Shown piece after piece: positions 15,313 to 31,445 of a stretch of DNA of 64,000 nucleotides (the first letter of the stretch is position 1; the number at the start of each line of letters is the position of its first letter). The DNA lies in the NCBI RefSeq assembly GCF_009914755.1, contig NC_060926.1; one strand, 5' to 3'. Origin of the DNA: the human T2T-CHM13v2.0 reference genome, Homo sapiens. Both the position numbers and the translations under genes were made by a program. The notes beneath the pieces were generated by a model. It had not been told where the DNA came from and did not search any database. It saw only the letters and a program-made list of their open reading frames with translations.

Positions 15313-18300
15313 GTAACATTGTTTCTTGACCTATACAGTGGTTGGACACTGTTTATTTTGAGACTATACATGCGTCTGTGACATTTTCTATATACTTCCA
15401 TGAAAATGATGAAAAAAAGACGGACAGAAGAACTGGACACAGCAAACACAGACAATTTCTTTTTACAAAGAAGAGCAAAAAAAAAAAATTTAGGGTGGTA
15501 GATAGTAGAGCAAAGTGAGCTCAACAGAAGGATATTTCATACAGAAGAAATGACGGCATGTTTATACTGTTTATGTGAATGATCTACTAACAAGAAAAAG
15601 CTGAGGCCGTAGGAGAGAGGGGGAGAAGAACTAGAGCATCATTCTTGAATAGACAAGAGAGGAGGAGACAGGGCATGTTGGAGAGGAGCCCATAGAGCTT
15701 GTCTAGAGGAACAGACAGAGGCAGGACATGGGGTACTGCCACCGTAAGTATTATAGATGTGATAGCTGCAGACTGTGGAAGTTGTCTTTTGATTTTCTTT
15801 TTCTCAAAAAAGGAGCAATTTGTCGACTAACAGTGAAGACGGAAGAAGCCTGGGAGTTTTGAGAGAAGGAAACGTAAAATAGTTATCTGGAGTGGTGCAA
15901 GAGAGTATACTTTGATGGGCTGCTTTAAGACCTTAGTGCGTCTGCGAGGCTAAGCAAGACCAGTTGGCAAAGTGGCTTTCCCTGCTGCAATTTGCTGTAC
16001 ATGTGCCAGCGTAAATGAAGCAGAAAGTTGGATTTAAGTCTGGTTTTGACAAAGCGAAGTGGGATGGGGGTTAAGGAAATGACTGCAAGTGACCACAGAC
16101 TCTGAATCAGGAAGAGCAGAGAAAGAGGCCATGAGAGGCAGTGAAGAACATGAAAAGGTGGATCAATGGACTGGAGGCTGCTGGGGTCCCTCTGGAGCTG
16201 GAGTTCCATTGGGAGGGAGGTGGGAAGAAAGAAGATGGGCTAGGGGCATGGGAGCACAGAGACAAGGTCAGGAAGGCTCACTGAGCTTATGTGCTAAGTG
16301 CCCAAACTGGTGGGGAGGGTGGAGGCAGGAGAAGCATTCAAGCACCTGAGGGGCCAGGGAGCTGGAAAATCATTTCTGATCATTAAAGGTGAAGAGAGGG
16401 TTCCACTATCACTAAAAAGTGCCAGACATCATGTCCTTCCAAAAGGCATACAGATACACCTGCAAAATCTAACTTGACTCTGCGCCTCTAGATCTGCCCT
16501 GCCCAACAAGAAGGCCATATGGTACTACTGAGCAACTGAAATGTGGCAAGCGCAACTCAGGAACAAAATTTTTAATGTTATTTCATTTTAATTAATTTGA
16601 ATTTTATAATGGATACTCGATCCAGTTACTGAGAAACTTTTTATTGTCTGGAATAACTTGGCTATGTGAAACTACTTTTTCAACTGTACATTTTATGAAA
16701 TCTAAATACAGATCAAGTGCTTTTGAGGAGAAATGGTCTGAAAATGGCAGTGAGGCATGACAAGGACACCCTGCCTACCTCCAGGCTGAGTGACAGTAGG
16801 GATGTGGAAGAGAGGCAGGGACCACTTTAGACAGCTGCAGGGCAAGTTGAGTCCCAGGTTTAAAGCAAGAAGGCGTGGAGAAAGAAGAGACAAGGGCACT
16901 GGGGTGGAGGTTGGAGTGTCATGTGATGACAGGCTGTGAATTAGAGGGCACAGTACAAGGGTCTTTGGGAGGAAGTACGGGAGAAGCAGGCACATCTCTT
17001 TGTCTCCAGTGCTGCCAAATTTCAAAATACTGGCCTGAGTTTATTGCATCCATTGAATACTGTGCAGGGCATTTCTGTAACCAGGAAACTCATTTCTTTC
17101 AGTTTTGGTAATTTTCTATTACTTTGTTTTTTTTTTTTTTTTTTTTTTTTTAAAACATTTATCTATGTATTCAGAATCACACACAAGTTACCTTTACAGT
17201 TCAATTTACTATATAGAAATCATTGGGTTTTATATTTGCAGTTAACTTTTGAACTGAGATTACAATATTATAACAAACTCCTTACTTTGTAATCCCTGTT
17301 CCTTTTCTCTGATCTCTCTTGTTGAAACCCATTACCTGGAGGCTGGATTTCCTGACCTGGTTCTTTTTATTGTTGTTTTAAATTTTCTCCTATCGTTTTC
17401 TCCAATTTTCTTGTCTTTTTGTTCCACGTTTGAGATTTCTTCAATTTTATCTTCCAACTCTTCTACTGATCTTTCAATTTCTGCTATCTTATTTCAGGAC
17501 CGGTTCTTTTCTCCTCTGAATGTTCTTTTTGCATAGCACTGTGTTACTGTTTTGTGGATGCAACCTTTTCTTTTGTCTTTCTGAAGGCATCACGGATACT
17601 GTTTGCTTATCCTTGCTCATTTGTTTTGTGTTTTATTCTCCCTGCCAGGCCTCTACATCTTCCAAGGTGTTTTGGGCATGTATTTATTGTGGTTTCTGTC
17701 TTCCACCGTTAGAGGTCCCCTCAGATATGTGCCTATCTTTGGTTGTATGTTCATGATTAAGAGTCGGGGAGAGGGACTGAAATGCTGGCTGGGAGCTCTG
17801 AGCTTTGGAAGGGCATGTCTACTATGAGGTCCACTGTAGGGTAATCTAACCCTGTCCTTAAGGAAGCCCTAGTGTCAGTATCTTTAGAGCTTCCCCTTGG
17901 GCTGGATAGACTCCCCAGAAGGAAAGTAGAGTCCTCTTCTCATTTTCTATCTAGAATCAAGTTCACCTGCCAGAGTTCTATCAGCTGAAAGCAGGGAGTG
18001 GACTGGGAAGTGTTCAGCACTCCACACACACACGGTGAGTCACAATCTCTTTCTGGTAAAATACTCATGACCTCTACAGTGCTGGGTGACCCTAGCGGAC
18101 CATCTGCAGAGTTTGAACTTTCAGGCTCCTGCTAAAGTCGGGAAGGGGCAGTACACCACATGGCATAGGTAGAAAATGGGATTCTGGGCTCTAACTTTAA
18201 CACTTCTCAAACTCAAAGGTTTTAACTTATCCTCCTTAAAGGACAGAGCCCCTTCCTTCGCCCCCAGGATTTGCCTGTTGTTGGTCCTTTTGAAGATTTT

Positions 18301-18930
18301 CCAATTTTAAAAGAGGATGGTTCTCAACTTTCCCCTACGCAAGCTTCACATTTAGCTTTCTCAGAGCCAGGACGCCATCGCGTGATGGTCTGCTTCCCAG
18401 CTTCAGTTGCTACTGTGTCCTCTCCTGTTCTCCCCATCCTTGTGTGTTTACAACTTTTTTGAAAAAAAGTTATATAGGGTTATGAGACAGAAAGATTTTA
18501 GATGTGTGTAATCAATCTGTCATCTTAACCACAAGCTTTGCCTTGTGTTTTTACTAATAAGGTAACTTTGTCATGGACTGACTTATCCTTTAAAAAAGTA
18601 CAAAGTATTCATAAACAGCAAAGATAGGGACTCTGGTATATGCACAGCTCTGTGCAAATAAAAACCCTGCATGGACCCTAGTCCCAGCAATTTAAGTTTG
18701 CACTTGCTTTAATCTTTTGATGTTGATGCTATTAGCTCAGCTGAGCCACAGAAACTCTGCTCTCTGAAACATGTCTGCTCATCTCCCACCTCCAGAATGT
18801 TTAACTCAAACAGCACAGCACATACCTTCCTGCCTATGATCCACCAACTGAGAAGCTTACATGGCAACACAAAACACTATCTGCTACCAAATATGACCCT
18901 TACTACACTTCAGAATTTGTTTGCCCACAG

Positions 18931-19716
18931 TGACATAGAAGGGGAGTAGGGAAGTGCTGGGAAGGGGCGGGTCCCTGGTGAGGGCTCCACCCCCAGCCTG
19001 TGCCCACGGATCTAGGTGAGGACAGGCATTTTTGTTTTCCTGCCCAAATGTTGCATTTCCCCCAGACCACCCTGGCCTGCTACGCCCTGATCCTGTGCCT
19101 GTAAAAACCTCCGAGACCCTAGCAGACAGGCACACAAGTGGCTGGACGTCAAGAGGAACGCATTGGCAAAAGACACAAGCAGCTGGACGGCGAGAGGACA
19201 GCAAGGGGAGCATGCCGGTGGAAGAGCACATGACAGACGCTGGCATGCCAGCAGGCCCCCGACCAGCAGAACGACGCAGTTTGGCCAGGGCAGTCAAGAG
19301 AGCTGGGGCCGCTCCATCTCCCTTCTGGCTTCCCCCATCTGCTGAGAGCTACTTCTACTCAGTAAAACCCTACACTCATTCTCCAAGCCCACGTGTGATC
19401 CCATTCTTCCAGTACACCAAGGCAAGAACCCTGGGATACAGAAAGCTCTCTGTCCTTGCCATAAGGCAGGGGTCTAATTGAGCTGGTTAATGCAAGCCAT
19501 CTATGGATGGCTAAACTAAAAGAGCACTCTGTAACACATGCCCACTGGGGTTTCAGCTGTAAACATTCACCTCTAGACACTGCTGTAGGGTTGGAGCGAC
19601 ACAGCCTGCCTGTCTGTATGCTCCCCTAGAGGTTTGAGTAGCAGGGCAATGAAGAAGCGAGCCACTCCCACTGTTGCACGCCCTGCGAGGGGGACAAGGG
19701 AACTTTTCCCGTTTCA
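18931..19716 (+). mobile_element. Solo ERV1 LTR (LTR1/MER4-group-like)
   Basis: TG...CA ends, 4-bp TSD ACAG (18927-18930, 19717-19720); 3' end GGGACAAGGGAACTTTTCCCGTTTCA; TATA-like CCTGTAAAAA ~19098. Confidence 0.85.
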
Positions 19717-20090
19717 ACAGCAACGATTCATGCTGAATGAAGTTTATAGTATGAGTTAAGGTAACTACCTACACAAGCCCAAGAGTTACTTATAAACTAC
19801 TTTAAAAGTTCTATGATTGAAGTTCCAGAACTAGAGAGAATTAAAGCAGTATGCAACAGATGCTTACAAACTAACACCTCACTGACTCCAGGATTTGTTA
19901 AGATCTTACAGTCTCAGCTGGGTAAGGCTCTACTGAATAATCCTGTGGTCAAGTTGTTTTGGAGGAAATTTTAACACACCACAGAAAATGAGAGATGAGT
20001 TTGATACCAGCATTAGATAAGAGTGCCTATTATGTATACCAGTTATATCCAGAACCAGAGGTGTCATTCGGCACTACCAGGTCTACTCAC

Positions 20091-20268
20091 CCATCTGTGG
20101 CAGGTTTCTTCCGGAGTATGCTTGGCCGTGGCGATGAGCCCTGGGCGGGAGCGTTGGTGCTAGCACTCTGGCTGTGGGTCTGCACCACGGTTGTTGCTGC
20201 TGGAGCAGCACTGAATGGATTGCTAATAGGGTTGGCCACAATTGTGGCTCCATCTGCCAACACCACTG
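20091..20268 (-). CDS. SAP130: SAP130 exon 14 (AVVLADGATI...LRKKPATD)
   Basis: CTGTAG|CAG acceptor, |GTGAGT donor; 178 nt, phase 1-2. Confidence 0.96.
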
Positions 20269-20476
20269 CTACAGGAGAGAGGCAACAGGAAAGAACATTG
20301 AAGAGAGGGAAGCAAAATGCCATAGAAGACATAAATAAAAATGATGAGACCACTAGAATTAGGTATCCATGTTCTAACTGTCCAATTTCAAACTGATAAG
20401 GGACAGGAGCACAATGTTCATCCGACAAAGAGCAGATAGCTAAATGGGAGCAGTTACTAAGTCTACTGATGCATGA

Positions 20477-20704
<228 letters not shown>

Positions 20705-21189
20705 TAGTCTCGAATTCCTGACCTTAAGTGATCCACCTGCCTTGGCCTCCCAAAGTGCTGGGATTACAGGCGTGAGCCACCACACTTGGCCCATACCATT
20801 ATTTTTTCTTTGCTCTATAATCACAGTTACTAATAAATGAGATAAGGTGAACAAAGTACATAGTATCTAGTATAGTCTCTCACTCTACTAGTTACTTTAC
20901 ATTTTTTACTGATATAATTCTTACCATCATTGTAATTTCCATTTTAGAGATAAGAAAACTGACAGACAAGAAAGGCTTAATACAAGAGCCACAAATAGAA
21001 AACACTATCTACCAGCCTGATAGCATGCTCCAATGTACACTTCAAGAAATGTACTCATTCAGTTTTTGTAAAATACCAATCTCTCTCAACCCTCAATAAT
21101 GGTACCCTCCCCAGTCTATCTTTAGAAACACATTCAACTAACAGATATTTTAACTATACACTTAAAGTTAGCATCAAAATACTGGTGAG

Positions 21190-21271
21190 CATGAGATCAT
21201 AATCAGAAAATACCTGTGTTTGACAGTTTTTGACCTATAAAAATGGCAATTTCATAGGAGTCAACTTAATA
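21190..21271. mobile_element. MADE2-like mariner MITE relic
   Basis: TTTTTGACCTATAAAAATGGCAATTTCATAGGAGTCAACTTAATA matches recalled MADE2 end. Confidence 0.65.
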
Positions 21272-22256
21272 TCATGAGTTTTCTGGCAGGTGCCCTTAAA
21301 TATGTAGTACACCATCCTACCGGGTGGGTCATCATGGGTAAATTGCATCTCTATCATAGACATTTAGTTTAGTAATAAAAAATCAGAGAGACTTTGATTA
21401 AATAGTTGAATTCAAGGTCTACAGAACAATTAAAATTCATAGCTCCAGCCAGGCACAGTGGCTGATGCCTGTAATCGCAGCACTTTGGGAGGACAAGGCT
21501 GAAGGATAGCTTGAACTCTGGAGTTCGAGACCAGCCTGGGCAACAAGCAATATCCTGTTTCTACAAAAAATCAAAAATAATTACCCAGGTGTGGTGGCAT
21601 GCACCTGTAGTCCTTGCTACACGGGTGTCTGAGGCATAAGGACTGCTTGAGCCCAGAAGGTCAAGGCTACAGTGAGCCATGATTGTACCACTGTGTTCCA
21701 GCTGGGCAACAGAGTGAGTGAGACCTTGTCTTTTTAAAAAAAAAAAAAAAAAAAAAAATCAGTGCCTTGGCTGAGAAACAGCCATTTTGTTTTTTTAAAC
21801 TACATTAGAGAAATGGCTAATCAATAATAATCCAAGTACATGGAATCTTAAATTCAGCCAAAAAAAAAATAACCTAGCTGGTGTAATGACTCATGCTTGT
21901 AATCCCAGCACTTTGTGAGGCCAAAGTGAGTAGACTACTTGAGCCCAGGAGTTTGAGACCAGCCTGGGCAACATGGCAAAACTCTGTCTCTATTAAAAAT
22001 ACAAAAATTAGCCAGGCATGGTAGCTTGCACCTATAGTCCCAGTTACTCAGGCGGCTGAGGTGGGAGGATCACTTGAGCCCAGGAGGATGAGGCTGTGGT
22101 GAGCCAAGATCACACACCACTGCACTCTAGCCTGGGTGACAGAGTGAGAATCTGTCTCAAAAAGATCTAAATACAGTGACTTATTCCGTTTTTCAAAATG
22201 TTATTCCACTAGTATTTCTTTTTAAGAATTCATAATATTAGCTAACATCAGCATAA

Positions 22257-22586
<330 letters not shown>

Positions 22587-22870
22587 TAGTAGACAGGGTT
22601 TTACCACGTTAGCCTGGATAGTCTTGATCTCCTGACCTCGTGATCCACCCGCCTCAGCCTCCCAAAGTGCTGGGATTACAGTGAGGTATATTATTTCTAA
22701 CGTTTACAGTGACCCTGAAACTCTAAGTTCTAAGCAACTCATATTATTAATACAAAGAAGAAAAGGCCTAGAGAAATTATAAGACGACAAAGCCAGTGGC
22801 AGAGAAAGGATTTAAACCCAAATGTATTTCTTTTCTCCAAACCACCTTCTATGCAAAAATTTAAAATTAC

Positions 22871-23173
22871 CTGAAGTCTTTCCTTCAGGCTGAGGCTGCT
22901 GAGTACCCATAGGTGCAGGCTGAAGCCCTTGTGTGTTGATTGGGGTTGCTGAGTGAATTCCCTGTGTGCCAAGTGGTGCAGGCTGTATCCCTGGGGTCCC
23001 AATGGGGGCCGGCTGGATACCCTGGGTACTGATGGGTGCTGGCTGGATCCCTTGAATATGTCGAGCATGCGATGCATCCACTGTCATCAACTGCATGGGG
23101 TTTAGGTGGACGGTAGACGCTACCCCAACACCAGTCTGAGCTGTGATGGCAGAGTTTGGAGCCTGAGCTGAAA
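22871..23173 (-). CDS. SAP130: SAP130 exon 13 (VSAQAPNSAI...GIQPAP repeats...EGKTS)
   Basis: TTTTTAG| acceptor, |GTAATT donor; 303 nt, phase 1-1. Confidence 0.96.
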
Positions 23174-23889
23174 CTAAAAATGATGCGAAAGGTAACTATA
23201 AGAAGGTTAGCTTCATTTCACACAGTCCACATAAAGAGAGAAACACTAAAAACGGATTTCCTCCACTGTATAAGATCTAAATCCATGGTTTGAAAAAAAA
23301 TAAATAAATAAACATTGTTACTTGAAACTTAATATACTTGGGATTGTTATTTCCTTTCACTTCCTACCAATATGATGTTGTTTTTCTACAGACTACTAGA
23401 AATATGATTAAAACAAGAAAAAAGGCAATCAGCTATTAAATTGCAAATATTAGCCAGGAAACCGTGCTAAATAATTAATATAAAACGTCAGAAATACACC
23501 CAGAGGTCCCAGGTCAAGAACCTCTGCTTTAATTGATAGGGCCACTATCACAGGTGGTTTTGAAATACAGTAGTTATGAATTTCAAATGGCATGTATCCA
23601 CCAGAAACAGAGAACAAGCAAGTGTCCTGTGTCTTACAAGGCAAACACCCCATCTACTGTGTATATTGAAAAAAAAAAAAGAAAACAAGAGCATTCACAG
23701 AAAGCAACAAAAAAGGAGGAATTTCTTACTATCTGTGGAAAGAAAATAAACACAGAGGACTTTTTCCTCAGTCATCAAAACAATCCAGAGATGTTGGAAC
23801 TTGTTTTCAAAGCTATTTAAATATCTTACACTTATAAGCTACCTTTTCCCTAAATAAACAAGTATCTTACAATGTTTGAAATTTTAGAC

Positions 23890-25230
<1,341 letters not shown>

Positions 25231-25453
25231 TGGCAGGAGGGCAATGTCCACAATCCAGGCAGCAATAACACTTTCTTTTGTCTTTTTTGTTTTTTTGAGA
25301 CAGGCTCTCACTTTGTTACCTAGGCTGGAGTGCAGTGGCGCCATCATGGCTCACTGCAGCTTCAACCTCCTAGGCTCAGGCAATCCTCCCACCTTAGCTT
25401 CCTTAGTAGTTGGGACTAGAGGCACGCACCACCATGCCCACCTAATTTTTTAA

Positions 25454-25606
<153 letters not shown>

Positions 25607-25609
25607 TGA

Positions 25610-25765
<156 letters not shown>

Positions 25766-26493
25766 TAGTAGAGACAGGGTTTCTCCATGTTGGCCAGGCT
25801 GGTCTCGAACTCCTGACCTCAAGTGATCTGCCTGCCCTGCCTCAGCCTCCCAAAGTGCTGGGATTACAGGCATGAGCCACTGCACCTGGCTGGAAATAAG
25901 GCTTTCTGATGCCCAGAGTGACCTGAGGGTTCCACAGTAAAAGACTACACAGACTCTGACATTTAAGGATTGTTTTTCCTGGATTAGCAAAAAGAACACT
26001 ATTCACACGTCATCATGATGAGAGGAGAGCATAACAACTAAAAAACATATAACTGGTACACCAAATCCCTGTGCATGCAATTTATCAATATAACAAACCT
26101 GCACAAGTACCATGGAACCTAAAGTAAAAGTTATTATAAACAAACCTTTATAAATTTTTTAAAAATATAGCCAAGATTTGCATAAAACAATGGAAACCCT
26201 ATAAAAGTGCAGCTCTATTCATTGTAACTACTGTCATTTTAAGGAGTAACAAAAATTGTTAACATGAGTATCCTCAGGGTGGCATAATACTATGCAAATA
26301 TCACTAATGAGTAACAACTTTTATAGATCACAAAGATGATTATTTAAGACCTTCAAGCTTCACATTTTATCTGAATCTGAAAACAGAAGCTGAAATAATT
26401 AATCTCATACAAAAAATAACCCCTCATCAATTTCTACATTATTGTTGGCAAAAGTTAAACTGTGAAAAGTCATCTAAAAAGCAGGGCTCATAC

Positions 26494-26615
26494 CTGGATA
26501 CTGTCGGATAGTGGACACGGAACTGGTGATTGGGGTGTAGGTATGTGCCGCCAGTGGGTATGCAGAAGGGGGGTAAGTTGGCAAAAAATATTGGAACTGA
26601 ACGGGAACAGACGGT
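26494..26615 (-). CDS. SAP130: SAP130 exon 12 (RPSVPVQFQY...TIRQYP)
   Basis: CTCTAG| acceptor, |GTATGA donor; 122 nt, phase 2-1. Confidence 0.96.
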
Positions 26616-27054
26616 CTAGAGACAGAACAGATGATAGCAAACAAAATAGTCATTTTCTTCTTTACTTTCAAATGATCCTATACCCCAGTTCCTCTTTGTG
26701 TCCTTCAGAACTGTCAAACAAGCTTTGCTCAAATTGTGTCCCAAACAAACTCTTACATCACAGGACACACACCAAGAATGCAAAATTAAAAAAAAAAAAA
26801 GTGGATACTATAAATACCTATATCAATAAATGTAAAAACATAGATAATATTCTATGGGTGATTTTTGAGAGTAAGTCTGAAAACCAGTTCACAAAATCTC
26901 AGTAATCAAATCTTCCCTGCTCAATTCCTCATGAACTACACTCAACTCAAATTGGTTTTACTGGCCAATTTCATTAAAAATACATAAAACAAATAATCCC
27001 AATTTCATTCAAACTGCTTCAGAAACAATGGAAAGAAAAAATGGGATCCAATTT

Positions 27055-27225
27055 ATTTTTATTTTTTTAGAGACAGGGTCTTGCTATGTTGCCCAGGCTG
27101 GAGCGTAGTGGTTATTCACCAGCACAATCATGGTACACTATAACCTTGAACTCCTAGGTTCAATCAAGCCTCCTGCCTCAGCTGCCTGAATTCTGGGACT
27201 ACAGACATGTGCCACCGTACCTGGC
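27055..27225 (-). mobile_element. FAM (fossil Alu monomer)
   Basis: Antisense monomer with GTAGTGGTTATTCAC segment. Confidence 0.65.
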
Positions 27226-28329
27226 TCCTAGTTTAGTTTTTGAGCTTAATATAGCCTTGTTACTAATATTGGAACAGGAGAATATGACAAAAGAAAGATT
27301 ATAAACAAATCTAACTCACTACAACAACAAAAAAACCTACATAAAATTGAATTAAGTACCATATAAAGTTAAATACATCATGATCAAATAAAGTTTATCA
27401 TAGGGAGAGAAATACTTCAACATCAAAATGTCTATTCATGTTTTAGATAAATTTTAAAAATTAAAAGAGAACAATAATTTAAAACCTAAAAGATAAAAAT
27501 ATTCGACAGCAGTCAATAGTTATTCATGATATAAATGCCTAAGAAAATAGAAGTAGGCCAGGCACAGTGGCTCATGCCTGCTATCCTAGCACTTTGGGAG
27601 ACTGAGGCAGGTGAATCATTTGAGCTCAGGAGTTCGAGACCAGCCTGAGCACTCTGGGAGGCTGAGGCAGGCAGGCTATTTGAGGCCAGAAGTTCAAGAC
27701 CAGCCTGGCCAACATGGCGAAACTCCGTCTTCTACTAAAAATACAAAAATTAGCCAGGTGTGGTGGCACACGCCTATAATCCCAGTTACTCAGGAGGCTG
27801 AGGTATGAGAATCACTTGAACCTGGGAGGCAGGGATTGCAGTGAGCCGAGACTGCACCACTGCACTACAGCCTGGGCAACAGTGTGAGACCTCATCTCTA
27901 CAAAAAATAAAAAAACTTCGCCAGGCATGATTGCATGTGCCTGCAGTCCCAGCTACTCGGGAGGCTGAGGTGGGAGGATCATTTGAGCCCGGAAGTCGAG
28001 GCTGCAGTGAGTTATGATGGTGCCACTGCACTCCAGCCTGGGCAACAGAGCAAGACCCTGTCTCAAAAACAAAACATAAAAACAAATGAAAATGATAAGA
28101 CCCTCTTGCTTTCCCCTCAAACTGTCCTTATTTGTAGGCAAAATAAACATGTACATAGGAAATTCATAAATCTATAAACATTTAGAGCTAATTTACAGAA
28201 TTATTTAGAGAATCTATAAACATTTAGAGCTAACAGGAGTATTCAACAAGGGGGATGGACATATCAATGTATCAAAATCTGTAAGCATTCCTAGACACAA
28301 ATGATCAAATTAGAACACTTAACAATAAC

Positions 28330-29420
28330 CTGTTTTTGAAACTACTTTGTGTAACTGTATAGGGTTCTTTATGGGAGAGGCAGATACAAACATGGAATGG
28401 GGGAAGCGATGGGGTTGAACTAGAGATATCAGCATGAACTCAAATGTTCTTAAAATATTATATACTTTCTACCTCTGCCTGCTCAAAGGGCCTAGAAGAA
28501 TGACAACCCATAGCAACAAGCAGGGCTAATGCCCAGATCTTGGTTTGTAAATGACAAGGGGCTCCTTGGAGAAACAGCAGATTTCACAGCCAGACAGATA
28601 AAGTTCAATAGGAATCTAGAATATCTCGTCATTGGAAAATAAGGAAAGGCTAGAATAGAGGGGATGGGGCGAAATCCACAGAAGCAGACAGAAAGAACCC
28701 CCAAAGACCAAATGAGATCATGTGAGCACCAAAATAGATGACAGCAATGGATTCTAATAATGAATAAAAGCAAATCTACAAGGCCGAGCCGATTAAAAAA
28801 CAATAAAATGCTCAACATAATAAATAAATGGGGGTGGATAAGAGAAAGTTTCTTTACGTCAGAATGCCAGCTAATATATATAGACAACACGTTAGAAAAA
28901 CTCACTATTTTGCAACTATCATATTAATAATTGATTCAGCCAGGAATTAATAATAGATCTACAACTATTGAATGAATGTTTACTGGAGAACAGGATATTT
29001 ATACTCAGATATTTCCATACAGATTACTTGTTTACAAAGGAGAAAAACATGCTTTTCCAGTAGAAAAAACCAGCAAACATCACCTTCACTAAGTAATGAA
29101 TGTTAACATAACCAATACGGGAAAAACAGACAGCATGAGCTCTCTGATGCAATGGGAAGAACACACTGCTTACCTGGTATAACCTGAATGTAACCATGAA
29201 GAAACAACGTGACAGTATCAAATTCCCTAAAACAACTGGCCTCTCCACACTCTTTAAAAATATCCATGAGTGAAAGAGAAGGGAGAGCTCGGAATCCTTT
29301 CAGATAGCTGTACCGCGGTGACATCAAAGAATGTCTTTACTCTTCCGTGCTACAAATGGAGGTACTTACGGATAAATGGTCATAATGCTGCAACCCTTAC
29401 TCTCAAAATGGCCAAAAAAT
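28330..29420 (+). mobile_element. Old L1 (L1MC/MD-like) 3' region
   Basis: AGGGCTCCTTGGAGAAA, AGAATGCCAGCTAAT, AAAACAACTGGCCT segments typical of old L1 3' ends. Confidence 0.6.
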
Positions 29421-29655
29421 GTTAAACACACAAAACCCAAAAAATGGATACTAGGAAAACATCCATCAAAAGGAGACTGGCTTGAAAAAAATCGCACATA
29501 AAAAAAGGAATTATACGAAGTGTTACTTTCAGGGGAAAATCTGAAAACATGAGTAATAAATATAGGCCATATTTGTGGGACACTTCGTTTTATGCTGATA
29601 AAGCAGAACGATTAATGACACAGTGAGGCAGAATAACTGACACACAGCCTCCTAC

Positions 29656-29797
29656 CTGTTGTCACTTCGGGTTTCCATGGCCACAGGATTGGGAGAGGCC
29701 CGATGTCCGGAGATGGGAATCAGGCTACTCCTCTCGGCAGGGTAGTCTGGCTGGATCCGAGGAGAAGTGTGCGTGATCTGCTGGGGCACCACCTTGG
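29656..29797 (-). CDS. SAP130: SAP130 exon 11 (AKVVPQQITH...ETRSDN)
   Basis: TTTGCAG| acceptor, |GTAGGA donor; 142 nt, phase 1-2. Confidence 0.96.
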
Positions 29798-31100
29798 CTG
29801 CAAACAGTAAATGCCAATTCCATGACCATTCTACACTTTTTTTTGGCATGCCAAAACATTCTTGGCTAGCAGCAATCTTAGGAAAGCAAACAATTAAAAT
29901 AAGCCTGGATTTTTAATCAAAATAAAAAATGAAAAATAAGTACAAAGTTCAACAGAATTATTTCAATCCTATCATTCACTGATATACTCCTACTGTTATT
30001 AAAGCAGGGTTCAACATTAATACTGAAACAAAGATAGAAGTGACCAGGCTCTTTTCTCCCAACCTGGCTTTTTAATGACAGATGCGGTGGCTCACATCTG
30101 TCATCTCAGCACTGTGGGAGGCTGAGGCGGGAGGATCACTTGAGTTCAGGAGTTCAAGGCTACAGTGAGCCATGACTGCACCACTATACTCCAGCCTCAC
30201 TCACAGACTGGGACCCTGTCTCAAAATAAATAAATAAACACACAATTTTGGATTAAAAAACGGAAAAAACAAACAAACAAAAAACCTTGGATTCTACTCC
30301 AGGTCCATAATTATAAAATGTAGCTAATTAGCAATGAGAAAACGACTTTAATTCCCAAGTCTGTTTCTTTACCTATAAGGACACCTTCTCTAGATCACTT
30401 AATAATTTCTAAGGTCCTTTGAATGTCCTACGATTTTATATAATACTTTAGAGCAAAATTAAAATCAATGACCATAGAGTTTTCAAATTCAATCTGAGGC
30501 TCCAAATGTGTACTCCTTTAAAACTTGCAATCCAATTTTGTTTGGAAGGTATAGCTGAACTAGAATACACTTGACACTATTTTTTATAGATCTATCTATT
30601 AACAGTATGCCTGGGAATTCAGAAAGAAAAGCCATGATCTATATCAGAAATATAGACAGACAGCTTCCATCTTTGTAAAAACCCGTTACACCAGTGAGAG
30701 GCACATTAACAAAGAGACTAGACTAGGAGGATGCCAACATATTACCCTAAATGCAGAACATTTAACACCAAAGGTAAGCTGCACAGACCCACTGTGATGC
30801 CCAGCCAGCTCCTGTGGGAGGCAGCTGGAGAAGTTTTCGCAGGGTGATAACAGGAATGCCCATCTGACCACTGAAGATCGCATCTATTGGCCAATGCAAA
30901 GAGAAGTTGGCATGATAGGGTTTTCCATCAGGGAGGTAAGCAGTGGGGATGGTGAGCAGGGGGCAACTAAGCCTTGTTTTTTTCACTGAGCCCCATGAAA
31001 GGTAGAAGAAAATGATGCTTCCAGTAGGAATGAAGCTGCCATGTGACAGAGTAGCTAACCAGCGGTTGGTAACCAGACATACCCCACCACTCAGCCATTA

Positions 31101-31445
<345 letters not shown>

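Noticed and set aside
18884-19580. 137-149 aa ORFs in the ERV1 LTR
   Set aside because: Entirely within a solo LTR; no gag/pol/env similarity
19995-20396. 133-aa plus-strand ORF with a hydrophobic stretch
   Set aside because: Antisense shadow of SAP130 exon 14
28169-28233. 23-bp direct repeat AATCTATAAACATTTAGAGCTAA, two copies
   Set aside because: Small local duplication in old L1-like sequence; no functional clue
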